The translations under genes and the position numbers were made by a program. A stretch of DNA of 39,785 nt, taken from sequence record SRR20825010_4221; one strand, written 5' to 3'. This document shows, one piece after another, positions 8,435-17,484 of this stretch. The notes under the pieces are model-generated. The model saw only the letters and a list, made by a program, of their open reading frames with translations. It ran no database searches and was not told the origin of the DNA. Position 1 is the first letter of the stretch, and every line of letters begins with the position of its first letter.

Positions 8435-9692
8435 ATATTCGGCCCTTCTTGGGGCATTTTTATTCTGTACCACTCTTAAGGCACAGTATACTCAAAGTTC
8501 CTATTCTGCTTTTGGCATAGGAGATGTAAACTGGGGAGGTTATTCCCATAATGCTGGAATGGGAGGATTCGGTATAAGTTATAACAATCGGCTTTACCTC
8601 AATAATCTTAATCCTGCCTTAGTCGCCACTAACTTCGAGGCTGTATTCCAAATTGGTACTTCCTTTGATTCAAGAACTTATAATAATGGTGACCAGAGTT
8701 ACAGTTCTTTTACTGGGGGGTTCAAAGATTTTGGTTTTTCGTTACCCATAAAATATGGAAAGTGGAATATGGCACTAGGCCTTAGTCCATATACTTCAGT
8801 TAACTATGGTATTCTCCAAACCTCGACTGGCCCAGACAACTCAGTACTGTTATCTCAATTGGATGGAAATGGAGGTATTGACGAGGCTTTCATGACCCAC
8901 GCCCTAAGACTTGGCAACCTCATGGTTGGTCTGAAAACTTCATACCTATTTGGTTCGATTGAAAGGGACACTGAATACCTTCTTACCGGCATTCCAACCA
9001 TCACCTTTAGTAGCACTATTTACAATGAAAGAAGAAGTTTTTCAGATGTGACAGCCAATATTGGTTTGGCATATAAACTAGAGGTTAAGGAAAGGCAATT
9101 CATAAATTTTGGAGCATTCTATAATTTAGAGGCAAATGTAAGAAGCAGGAACCTTACAAGATTAGAGAGTCAGGATATTAACGGAAACGTGCTTTCGAGT
9201 GATACACTAAAAAATAATATAGACTCCCAAATTTCCATTCCTCAGCGTATTGGGTTTGGTATTTCTTATGAAAAATCACAAAGGTTTGCAGTTGGTATAG
9301 ATATACAAACTCAAGCATGGAGTCAGTATCTTGATGAATCTGGCCAAACCAGTTCAAACTTTGGGGATGCCTTTAGAATTGCCGTTGGTGGAGAATTATT
9401 ACCAAACTACGAAGTTTCGAAGGCTGGCCCGAGAATAACTTATAGATTCGGGATTCATTATGAGAGGACTCCTTATTTAATCAATTCACAAGAAGTAAAC
9501 GACTTTGGTATAAATATTGGAACGTCATTACCGTTGAACGGAATTGTGGGTGTTTCAAATTTAAATTTAGGAGCTACCTTTGGAAATAGAGGTAATGTAA
9601 CCGATGGGTTAATGAGAGAAAACTACCTCAAGTTGAGTATTGGATTTAGCTTGCAAGACCAGACATGGTTTGCAAGACAGAAATATAATTAA
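8415..9692 (+). CDS. Outer-membrane beta-barrel protein (FadL/PorV-like family)
   Basis: Signal peptide, SxYSxFGIG, GMGG, NPA motif, alternating beta-strand pattern, C-terminal WF..KYN; conserved position before TPR-lptC. Confidence 0.8.
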   Translation: MLKNIIKYSALLGAFLFCTTLKAQYTQSSYSAFGIGDVNWGGYSHNAGMGGFGISYNNRLYLNNLNPALVATNFEAVFQIGTSFDSRTYNNGDQSYSSFTGGFKDFGFSLPIKYGKWNMALGLSPYTSVNYGILQTSTGPDNSVLLSQLDGNGGIDEAFMTHALRLGNLMVGLKTSYLFGSIERDTEYLLTGIPTITFSSTIYNERRSFSDVTANIGLAYKLEVKERQFINFGAFYNLEANVRSRNLTRLESQDINGNVLSSDTLKNNIDSQISIPQRIGFGISYEKSQRFAVGIDIQTQAWSQYLDESGQTSSNFGDAFRIAVGGELLPNYEVSKAGPRITYRFGIHYERTPYLINSQEVNDFGINIGTSLPLNGIVGVSNLNLGATFGNRGNVTDGLMRENYLKLSIGFSLQDQTWFARQKYN

Positions 9693-9703
9693 ACTACAGT
9701 ATT

Positions 9704-11029
9704 ATGAGAATTAAATTTTTATTGACCTTGATCATCATTACCTCTGGGTATTCTGCCATGGCTCAATTCAAATGGCCAGAAGCACCAGAAGAAAGAAGCG
9801 ATGCCCAAACAAAATGGACATTGTTTAGCGATACTGAGAAGGCTGGAAATTATGATGCCGCTAAAGGTCATCTAGCATATATCTTGGAGAATTTCCCTGA
9901 TTTAAGTGAGTCAACTTATATTAAAGGAATCGCGATTTGGGATGAGTCTTGGGAAAACGGGAAAACCGAAGCAGAAAAAGAAGCAGCGGCTGCTAAAGTG
10001 ATGTCGCTCTATGAGATGCGCTTTAAAATATACCCAGAGTCGAAAAAGGAAAACATCGGCCGTCAGGCTATTTCAGCATATAGGTATTACATTAAGGACG
10101 CTACCAAAACTCAGTACTTGCTTGACTTGTTTAAGCTTACGTATGAGCTTGAAGGTAATGAGGGCTTCTACTCAACTGGACGTTATTATATGCAAACTGC
10201 TGTTTTAGGCTATACACGCGATATTGGTCTTACTGACGAGCAAATTATTGACATCTATAACAAATGTACTGAGCACATTGATTATCAAATCAAAAAAGCG
10301 AAAAGTCAGAATAAGAGCACCAAGAGTATGGATGCTGTAAAAGAGTTTGTCGATGAAAAATTGGCTAATCTTAACTTAATCGATTGTTCCTTTATCATTG
10401 AAAAACTTGTCCCTCAGTTTAAAGCAAACCCTAATGATGGAGAGCTCGCAAACAAAATATTTGTTTATGCTTACGATGGTGGATGTACTGATGCTGAATG
10501 GTTTCTTGATGCCGCAAAAGCTGTGCTCGAAACAAAGCCACAATACGGTGTTGCTAATTTACTTGCCTCAACATATGTTAAGGAGAAAGACTACGTAAAT
10601 GCGAAGGTCTACTATAACAAGGCTATTGAAATTGCTGAAGACAATACTGACAAAGGAAAAGCAATGAAGCAGATTGTGTTAATGGAACGCCTAGAGGGAA
10701 ACAAAGCGGAGGCTAGAAAATTGGCCATTGCTACTGTAGAAATTGACCCTACTTTAAAGGAAGAGATGTACACTTTGATTGGTGATATGGTAATGCAAAG
10801 TTCGGAGTGTGATCAGAAGAAAAGCCAAGTGGATGATAGAGCAAAATTTATTGTTGCTTACGAATATTACATCAAGGGAGGTAATCAACTGAAAGCAAAT
10901 CAAGCCAAAGCGCAATTCCCAAGTGCTGGAGAAATCTTTACCGAAGGAAAAGAAGTAGGTGACGCTGTAACAGTAGGATGTTGGATACAGCAAACTGTTA
11001 AATTGCAGAAAAGACCAGATCAGCAATAG
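9704..11029 (+). CDS. Secreted tetratricopeptide-repeat protein
   Basis: Signal peptide, helical TPR-like segments (YVNAKVYYNKAIE), C-terminal FP..EIF...GCWI motif. Confidence 0.8.
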   Translation: MRIKFLLTLIIITSGYSAMAQFKWPEAPEERSDAQTKWTLFSDTEKAGNYDAAKGHLAYILENFPDLSESTYIKGIAIWDESWENGKTEAEKEAAAAKVMSLYEMRFKIYPESKKENIGRQAISAYRYYIKDATKTQYLLDLFKLTYELEGNEGFYSTGRYYMQTAVLGYTRDIGLTDEQIIDIYNKCTEHIDYQIKKAKSQNKSTKSMDAVKEFVDEKLANLNLIDCSFIIEKLVPQFKANPNDGELANKIFVYAYDGGCTDAEWFLDAAKAVLETKPQYGVANLLASTYVKEKDYVNAKVYYNKAIEIAEDNTDKGKAMKQIVLMERLEGNKAEARKLAIATVEIDPTLKEEMYTLIGDMVMQSSECDQKKSQVDDRAKFIVAYEYYIKGGNQLKANQAKAQFPSAGEIFTEGKEVGDAVTVGCWIQQTVKLQKRPDQQ

Positions 11030-11051
11030 TTGATTTCCAAATGAAAATAAA

Positions 11052-11083
11052 GGCGGTCTTCTCTCTTAGGGAAGACCGTTTTT
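11052..11083 (+). terminator. Intra-operon hairpin / intrinsic terminator
   Basis: GGCGGTCTTC-TCTCTTAGG-GAAGACCG followed by TTTTT, ending just before the lptC ATG. Confidence 0.6.
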
Positions 11084-11089
11084 CATACC

Positions 11090-11638
11090 ATGAGATTGAA
11101 AAATTTTATACCTCTTCTATTTATAATGGCTTTAACGGCCTGTTTCTCTGAGCCAAAAAAACTGGCTGAAATGGAAGAGTATGAAGGTCCTATTCTAGAA
11201 TCCGAGAATGTAGAAATCATTATGACCGAAGGTTCTATTCGGAAATTGGGAATTAAGGGAAATAAACAACTAACTTTCTCTGGTGGAGATTTAGAGTTCC
11301 CAGAAACCATACGAATTGATTTCTTTGATAGTAATGGTGACACTACTTCGATACTTACAGCAATGGAAGGTTTTTACGATGCTAAAACAAAACTTTATAG
11401 GGCAACTGGCGATGTAATAGTTATAAACCTAAAGGAAAATCAAACCCTAAAAACTGAAGAGCTATTTTGGGACCCTAACAAAGAAAGAATTTATACCGAC
11501 CTGTTCTTTATTGTAACTACTGAAACAGATTTGATTCAAGGGACTGGCTTAGACGCTCCTCAAGATTTTTCAGAATTCACGGTAAAAAGTCCCGTCAATA
11601 GCGAATTCGAAATTAAAGAGACAAATGAGAACAACTAG
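11090..11638 (+). CDS. lptC: LPS export ABC transporter periplasmic protein LptC
   Basis: Lipobox LTAC; EFP...FFD..G...S.LTA, GDV.V, L.TEELFWD, IYTD..., G.G motifs; conserved synteny. Confidence 0.85.
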   Translation: MRLKNFIPLLFIMALTACFSEPKKLAEMEEYEGPILESENVEIIMTEGSIRKLGIKGNKQLTFSGGDLEFPETIRIDFFDSNGDTTSILTAMEGFYDAKTKLYRATGDVIVINLKENQTLKTEELFWDPNKERIYTDLFFIVTTETDLIQGTGLDAPQDFSEFTVKSPVNSEFEIKETNENN

Positions 11639-11837
11639 TGGCACTATAATCTTTTCACTTTGTGTAGTCACATTTGTGATTGGCGTACATCAGACCATGA
11701 CTTACGGAATTGCCTATTCCTATTTTATTTTTATGATATCAATAGGTCTGTTATTTTTATACAGATATAGAAAAGCCAAGCATAAAGAAAAGGAAGAACA
11801 AGCCAAGTCGGCTCCTAAGCGGAAAAAGAAACATTAA
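11625..11837 (+). CDS. Small two-TM membrane protein
   Basis: Two hydrophobic helices (IGVHQTM..G...SY..FM), basic tail; overlaps both neighbours. Confidence 0.7.
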   Translation: MRTTSGTIIFSLCVVTFVIGVHQTMTYGIAYSYFIFMISIGLLFLYRYRKAKHKEKEEQAKSAPKRKKKH

Positions 11838-13117
11838 TGGACTATTACCAAGTTACGGTTATCATCATCACCCTTATTTTTTCAGCATTTTTTTCTGGAA
11901 CTGAAATCGCTTTCGTTACCTCAAGTAAGCTTCAAATTGAGCTTCAGAGTAAAAAAGGAACGCTGAGTGGAAGAATACTCGCTTTTTTCACTCAGAAACC
12001 TTCTAGACTCATCAACACCGCATTGGTAGGGAATACCATAGCGCTGGTGATGTATGGTTATTTTATGGCCCTAATTCTGGAGCCGTTAATCATGGATGTT
12101 CTGCCAGAGTATTTAATCAACCCTGGTGCAGTACTGATCATACAAACCGTATTATCTACCCTTTTGGTATTATTTACGGCTGAATTCACACCAAAAAGTA
12201 TCTTCCTGATTAACCCAAATCGGTTATTGAGCATTCTGTCCATTCCCATCATGCTCATTTTTATTATCATGTTTCCTTTGGTGTGGGTAATCGAACAAAT
12301 GTCTCGTTTTATCATTGTCTATATTTTAAGACAGAAATTTTCTCAAGACCGACCTGTTTTTGGACTTACAGACCTGCGCTCTTATATTCAGCGCAATACC
12401 CACAAAGACATTAAAGAATCCAAAGTAGAATTGGATACCAAAATTTTCAACAATGCCCTTGAATTTAAAACCGTTAAAGTAAGGGAATGTATGATTCCTC
12501 GAACAGACATTGCCGCAGTAGAACTTGAGGATACCATAGAAGATCTGAAAAATGAGTTCATTGAAAGCGGTCACTCAAAGGTGTTGGTCTACCGAGATAA
12601 TATTGATGAGGTAATCGGGTATTGTCATGCACTGGCCTTGTTCAAAAAGCCTCAGGACATAGAGAGTATCCTTACGCCAATAATCATCGTGCCCGAAACC
12701 ATGTTAGTGAACGAGCTAATGATCCAGTTTATTCAAGAAAGAAAAAGTTTGGCATTGGTTGTGGATGAATTTGGAGGAACTTCTGGTCTAGTAAGTCTAG
12801 AAGATGTGATCGAGGAGATTTTTGGTGAGATTCAAGATGAACACGATGATGAAGATTGGGTTGAGCAAAAACTTGATGACAACAATTATCTTTTCAGCGC
12901 TCGCCATGAAGTAGACTACTTGAATGAGAAGTACCATTTCAATATTCCAGAAGGTGATTACGACACGCTAGGCGGCTTTATCCTGTCAATTACTGAGAAT
13001 ATTCCTCAGGTAAATGAGACCATTTCCGTTCCACCATTTAAAATAAAAATAGTGGCAATGGAAGATGCTAGGATTGATACCGTAATGCTTAGCATCCTTC
13101 CAGACAGAGAAGACTGA
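11837..13117 (+). CDS. Hemolysin/CNNM-family protein (DUF21-CBS-CBS-CorC)
   Basis: SAFFSGxE, AEFxPK, MIPR, VVDEFGGTSG, EDxIEEIFGEIxDEHD, TLGG. Confidence 0.92.
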   Translation: MDYYQVTVIIITLIFSAFFSGTEIAFVTSSKLQIELQSKKGTLSGRILAFFTQKPSRLINTALVGNTIALVMYGYFMALILEPLIMDVLPEYLINPGAVLIIQTVLSTLLVLFTAEFTPKSIFLINPNRLLSILSIPIMLIFIIMFPLVWVIEQMSRFIIVYILRQKFSQDRPVFGLTDLRSYIQRNTHKDIKESKVELDTKIFNNALEFKTVKVRECMIPRTDIAAVELEDTIEDLKNEFIESGHSKVLVYRDNIDEVIGYCHALALFKKPQDIESILTPIIIVPETMLVNELMIQFIQERKSLALVVDEFGGTSGLVSLEDVIEEIFGEIQDEHDDEDWVEQKLDDNNYLFSARHEVDYLNEKYHFNIPEGDYDTLGGFILSITENIPQVNETISVPPFKIKIVAMEDARIDTVMLSILPDRED

Positions 13118-13145
13118 TTAACAGGGCTTTTTGTCTGTATTTTCT

Positions 13146-13177
13146 TTTGCTAATAGGTCATAAATCAATTATGTTTG
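13146..13177 (+). promoter_or_regulatory. Promoter of the PpiD/SurA-like gene
   Basis: TTTG (13146-13149), 20-bp spacer, TATGTTTG (13170-13177). Confidence 0.65.
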
Positions 13178-13202
13178 CGGCTATTTCAATTAATAAGTAC
13201 AA

Positions 13203-15332
13203 ATGGCAATAATTAACACGCTTCGTGAAAAGATGGGACGACTCTTGGTAGTCGTAGTAGGGGCATCGATTTTAGCTTTCGTTTTAACCGATGTATTAAG
13301 CAGCAGATCGTCCATTCTGGGTAGTGACAAGCAAGAAGTTGGAGAAATTTCAGGTGAATCCATCAGTCAGCAAGAATACGCTAACCTAGTAGAAAGCATC
13401 AAACAAAATTACATGGCTCAATACGGGGTTAACCCAAATGAGTTCTTAATGCAAACCATAAGAAATCAGGCTTGGGAGCAGTTGATTGCTCAAATCGCGT
13501 ATACCAAACGTTTCGATAAAGCTGGCATTGCAGTTTCTGGAGATGAAAGAATCGATATGGTTCAAGGCAAAAACATTTCGCCTCAAGTAATGCAACAATT
13601 TGCAGATCCTCAAACAGGTGAATTGGACCGTCAGTTTTTGAACCAAGTTTTAGTGAACAGTGATTTAGACCCTCAGTCTAGATTGCAGTGGCAAATGTTC
13701 GAAAACAGCTTGGCTGAGAACAGACGCATGGCGAAATATCAGAACCTAATTCTTAAGACTAACTACGTAACCTTGGCTGAAGCACAACAAGAATATATGG
13801 AACAAGAAGGTGGAGTCACTTTGGATTACCTTTACATTCCTTTCTTGGCCGTAAATGATGACCAAGTTGCTGAAGTTTCTGATGCCGACTTACAAGCCTA
13901 TTTAGATCAGCACAAAGATGAATACACTGTAGAAGAGAGCCGTTCAATTGACTACATCTCTTTCCCTGTTATTCCATCAGCTGCCGACAGCACCTATTAT
14001 ACTGAAGAATTAAACCACCTTAGAACTCAGCTTGAAGCAGGAGATAATGACTCTACCTTAGCAGTAATAAATACTGAACAAGGAATAGGCTTTGGAACAT
14101 TCGACCCCTCAGCACTTCCAGATGATGTTGTTAACAACCTTTCTAACCTTAAAAAGGGAGATGTTATTGGCCCAAAATTAACAAACGGAATTTATACACT
14201 CTTCAAACTATCAGATATCGTTAAAAGCGAAGCTGAATTTGTAAAAGTAAGCCACATCCTACTGAGAACAGAAGGAATGTCTGCTGCAGATAAAGCCGCA
14301 GTAAAAACCAAAGCAGAAGGAATTTTACGTGAAGCCAGAAACGGTGCAGATTTTGCACAATTGGCTATTCTAAACTCTGAAGATTCTTCTGGACCTTCTG
14401 GAGGAGATTTAGGATGGTACAGAAAAGGTGGGGACGCACAAGGTCAGTGGGCTGAGCCATTCGAAAATGCTGCTTTCTCAGTAAACCGTGAAGGCGTAAT
14501 CAACCGTCTGGTAGAAAGTGATTTCGGTTTCCACATCATGAATGTGACCGGAGCACCAAGTAACAACAGATATAAAGTAGCAATGATTCTTAAAGAATTA
14601 ACGCCATCAGATGAGACCATTGATGCGGCATATCAGAAAGCCGGTCAGTTTGTTTTAGAAACCGACTCATATGATGATTTTGTAAACAATGCCTCTGCAA
14701 ACGGATACTCTGTTTTTAGTGGAAACAATATTAATTCTAACAGTTCAAGTATTGGTAGATTAGAAAGTGCTCGTCAAATTGTAACGTGGCTATATGGAGA
14801 AGCATCTGTAGGAGATGTGAAAGACTTTGACCTTGCTGATGAATATGTTGTGGCGGTTTACAGAGCCAAAGTAGAGGCAGGTACTGCTAAACTTACTGAT
14901 AATGGGGTAAGAAGCCAAATCAAACTTAAAGTTGAAAACGATAAAAAGGCAAAGTACATCACTGATAAGATTTCGGCTGCTTCAGGTTCATTATCTGATA
15001 TGGCTGCTTCATTCGATGCCATCGCACAAGTATATACTGATACTCAAGTAAAATTAAGTTCTAACTCGTTGCCTAATGTAGGCGTTGCTCCTACTGCGGT
15101 AGGTACGGCTTTCGCGCTTAAAAATGTAGGTGATAGATCGAATGCAATTACTACTGATGTAGGAGTTGTAATTATGGAATTAAAATCAAAAAATACGCCT
15201 GCTGGCATTACGGATTACACTACTTATGTGAATCAAATTCAGCAAAGAGCACTAAGTAACGCTCAACTGAAGATGAATCAAGCCGTAAGAGATAAGGCCG
15301 AAATTCTGGACAAACGATATAAATATTACTAA
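13203..15332 (+). CDS. PpiD/SurA-like membrane-anchored parvulin peptidyl-prolyl isomerase
   Basis: N-terminal TM anchor, SurA_N-like region, rotamase motifs SHILL, DFAxLA..SED, GGDLGW, FENAAF, SDFGFHI. Confidence 0.9.
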   Translation: MAIINTLREKMGRLLVVVVGASILAFVLTDVLSSRSSILGSDKQEVGEISGESISQQEYANLVESIKQNYMAQYGVNPNEFLMQTIRNQAWEQLIAQIAYTKRFDKAGIAVSGDERIDMVQGKNISPQVMQQFADPQTGELDRQFLNQVLVNSDLDPQSRLQWQMFENSLAENRRMAKYQNLILKTNYVTLAEAQQEYMEQEGGVTLDYLYIPFLAVNDDQVAEVSDADLQAYLDQHKDEYTVEESRSIDYISFPVIPSAADSTYYTEELNHLRTQLEAGDNDSTLAVINTEQGIGFGTFDPSALPDDVVNNLSNLKKGDVIGPKLTNGIYTLFKLSDIVKSEAEFVKVSHILLRTEGMSAADKAAVKTKAEGILREARNGADFAQLAILNSEDSSGPSGGDLGWYRKGGDAQGQWAEPFENAAFSVNREGVINRLVESDFGFHIMNVTGAPSNNRYKVAMILKELTPSDETIDAAYQKAGQFVLETDSYDDFVNNASANGYSVFSGNNINSNSSSIGRLESARQIVTWLYGEASVGDVKDFDLADEYVVAVYRAKVEAGTAKLTDNGVRSQIKLKVENDKKAKYITDKISAASGSLSDMAASFDAIAQVYTDTQVKLSSNSLPNVGVAPTAVGTAFALKNVGDRSNAITTDVGVVIMELKSKNTPAGITDYTTYVNQIQQRALSNAQLKMNQAVRDKAEILDKRYKYY

Positions 15333-15339
15333 AAATATC

Positions 15340-15367
15340 AAATCGGTCTTCGGGCCGATTTTTTTTT
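15340..15367 (+). terminator. Rho-independent terminator
   Basis: AATCGGTC-TTCG-GGCCGATT hairpin (cUUCGg loop) followed by a T run. Confidence 0.85.
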
Positions 15368-15393
15368 GCCCCTTCCTGCCTTAACTTAGCGTG

Positions 15394-15657
15394 ATGCAAA
15401 AATTCACTTCAGAGAATTTTAAGGAAAAACTAGAGAGCACCCTTAATTTTCCAGCCTTATACATGTTTAAGTTTATTGTGGAAGACCAAAAGCAAGATGA
15501 AGTAAAAAAGCTTTTCCCTGGCCATGATGTAAAAACCAAGGCTTCCAGTAAGGGAAAATATGTAAGTATTACGGCCCAATTGATGATGCCCTCCAGTGAT
15601 GCCATCATTGATACCTATCTCGAAGCAGCAAAAATTGAAGGAATCATAGCCCTATAA
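15394..15657 (+). CDS. DUF493 (YbeD-like ACT-fold) protein
   Basis: FP..YMFKFIV, SSKGKYVSIT, IEGIIAL; ATG 15394 preferred over GTG 15391. Confidence 0.85.
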   Translation: MQKFTSENFKEKLESTLNFPALYMFKFIVEDQKQDEVKKLFPGHDVKTKASSKGKYVSITAQLMMPSSDAIIDTYLEAAKIEGIIAL

Positions 15658-15659
15658 TT

Positions 15660-16343
15660 TTGAGATCATCGCTCTACATATTGCTCATCCTTTTCCTCTG
15701 GTCTTGCTCTAGTAAACCTAAAAAACAAGGCATCGACACCCCAGCATTGCAGCAAGAAGAATTAGTCCCCGAAGTTTTAAATGATCGTCAGGAATCTCCG
15801 GATTTACAAGAAGATGAAGGGAGAACCGAATGGCAAAATCCAGAGTTTGTACTTAACCTACTTGGTGACTTGACCAATAAAATAGTAGCCGATGTTGGGG
15901 CCGGGTCAGGATACTTCACGTTCAAAATAGCCAGAAAAGCAAAGAAGGTAATCGCTATGGATATCGACCCTAATTCGCTGGAGTACATTCAAAATCAAAA
16001 GTCAATTGTGGGCAAATGGGCTGACAATATTGATACACGACTGACCCCGGCAGATGTACCTAATTTACTTGACAATGAGGTTGATGTTGTATTGATTGTA
16101 AACACCTATGCCTATATCCCCAATAAGGATCAATATTTAAGCCGACTCAAAAAAGGAATGAAAAAGGGTGGGACTTTGCTTATCATAGATTTCAAAACTG
16201 GTGATATTCCAGTGGGCCCTTCTGATGAGACCAAGGTTTCAAGCAAAACATTAGAACAATCTCTAAAAAAAGCAGGGTTCTCAAATATTGCAACTGATAA
16301 TAGGAGTCTACAATACCAATATATTATTACAGCTAAAAACTAA
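15660..16343 (+). CDS. Class I SAM-dependent methyltransferase with lipoprotein signal
   Basis: Lipobox LWSC; WQxP, VADVGAGSGYF motif I, MDID, LKKGG.L.IIDF; TTG start. Confidence 0.85.
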   Translation: MRSSLYILLILFLWSCSSKPKKQGIDTPALQQEELVPEVLNDRQESPDLQEDEGRTEWQNPEFVLNLLGDLTNKIVADVGAGSGYFTFKIARKAKKVIAMDIDPNSLEYIQNQKSIVGKWADNIDTRLTPADVPNLLDNEVDVVLIVNTYAYIPNKDQYLSRLKKGMKKGGTLLIIDFKTGDIPVGPSDETKVSSKTLEQSLKKAGFSNIATDNRSLQYQYIITAKN

Positions 16344-16346
16344 ACT

Positions 16347-16577
16347 ATGTGGGAAGAAAAAGACAATAAGCTCGTTCGTAAATTTGAGTTTATAGATTTT
16401 GTAGAAGCATTTGGTTTTATGACGAAAGTTGCCATTTGTGCCGAAAAAATGAACCATCATCCAAATTGGTCGAATGTATATAATTCAGTTACAATTGAAT
16501 TGACCACCCATGATGCGGGCAATACTATTACAGACAAGGACCGTAAACTGGCCAGTAAAATTGACCATTTAATCTAA
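16347..16577 (+). CDS. phhB: Pterin-4a-carbinolamine dehydratase
   Basis: [28 protein letters not shown]. Confidence 0.92.
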   Translation: MWEEKDNKLVRKFEFIDFVEAFGFMTKVAICAEKMNHHPNWSNVYNSVTIELTTHDAGNTITDKDRKLASKIDHLI

Positions 16578-16581
16578 CCTG

Positions 16582-17256
16582 ATGTCTCAGACTTCTCTAT
16601 TCCTTGTACCCACTCCCATTGGAAATCTTGAAGACATTACTTTAAGAGCCTTAAGAATCTTGAGTGAAGTAGATGTTATTCTAGCGGAAGACACGCGTAC
16701 TTCGGGCAAGCTATTAAAGCACCACAATATCATCAAGCCGCTGCAGAGCTATCATATTTTCAACGAGCACAAAACAGTTGAAAAACTAATCAGTAGAATG
16801 GAAGCCGGTGAAAAATTTGCATTGATCTCTGATGCTGGAACCCCCTCAATTTCAGACCCTGGTTTTCTACTCGTAAGAGAACTATTAAAGGCTGGTCTCG
16901 AAGTCAACTGTTTGCCGGGCGCTACAGCCTTTGTACCAGCTTTGGTCAACTCTGGGCTACCGTCTGATCGTTTTGTTTTTGAGGGCTTTCTTCCGCATAA
17001 AAAGGGGCGTCAGACAAGACTGATTAAATTAGCAGAAGAAGAGCGAACCATAATACTTTACGAATCGCCACATCGATTGATTAAATGCCTTGAGCAATTA
17101 AAGGAACATTTAGGAGACAGAAAGGCCTCGGTGTCGAGAGAGATTTCGAAGATGTTTGAAGAAACCGTTCGAGGTACTTTATCTGAACTGATTGATCATT
17201 TTACCACCAAGGGGGTGAAAGGTGAGTTTGTGGTCCTGGTTGAAGGGAAGGGCTAA
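16582..17256 (+). CDS. rsmI: 16S rRNA (cytidine1402-2'-O)-methyltransferase
   Basis: PTPIGNLEDIT, AEDTR, SDAGTPxISDPG, FEGFLP, YESPHR, REISK.FEE, KGE. Confidence 0.96.
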   Translation: MSQTSLFLVPTPIGNLEDITLRALRILSEVDVILAEDTRTSGKLLKHHNIIKPLQSYHIFNEHKTVEKLISRMEAGEKFALISDAGTPSISDPGFLLVRELLKAGLEVNCLPGATAFVPALVNSGLPSDRFVFEGFLPHKKGRQTRLIKLAEEERTIILYESPHRLIKCLEQLKEHLGDRKASVSREISKMFEETVRGTLSELIDHFTTKGVKGEFVVLVEGKG

Positions 17257-17264
17257 ACGGTCAA

Positions 17265-17429
17265 TTAACCCCCACAGCCAATATTCCTTTTAAATGGAAC
17301 ATCTTTTGGGATACCTCCAAAATCAAAATCTTCCTTTTCGGTGCCTTGTAACTCCTTTTCCTCAAGTTTTGGGTCTTTTTTTGGCTCCTTCTTTTCTTTC
17401 TTGGAAGCCCGAATCTTTTTGTCGTTCAT
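17265..17429 (-). CDS. 54-aa Lys/Glu-rich small protein ending in GCGG (not in ORF track)
   Basis: ATG 17429 to TAA 17265: MNDKKIRASKKEKKEPKKDPKLEEKELQGTEKEDFDFGGIPKDVPFKRNIGCGG; A-rich AAAATA before ATG; fills the rsmI-HTTM gap without overlap. Confidence 0.7.
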   Translation of the reverse strand: MNDKKIRASKKEKKEPKKDPKLEEKELQGTEKEDFDFGGIPKDVPFKRNIGCGG

Positions 17430-17484
17430 TATTTTATAACCGAATCTTCCTGTTTAAAATTCCAAAATTGTATAAATTAGAAAT

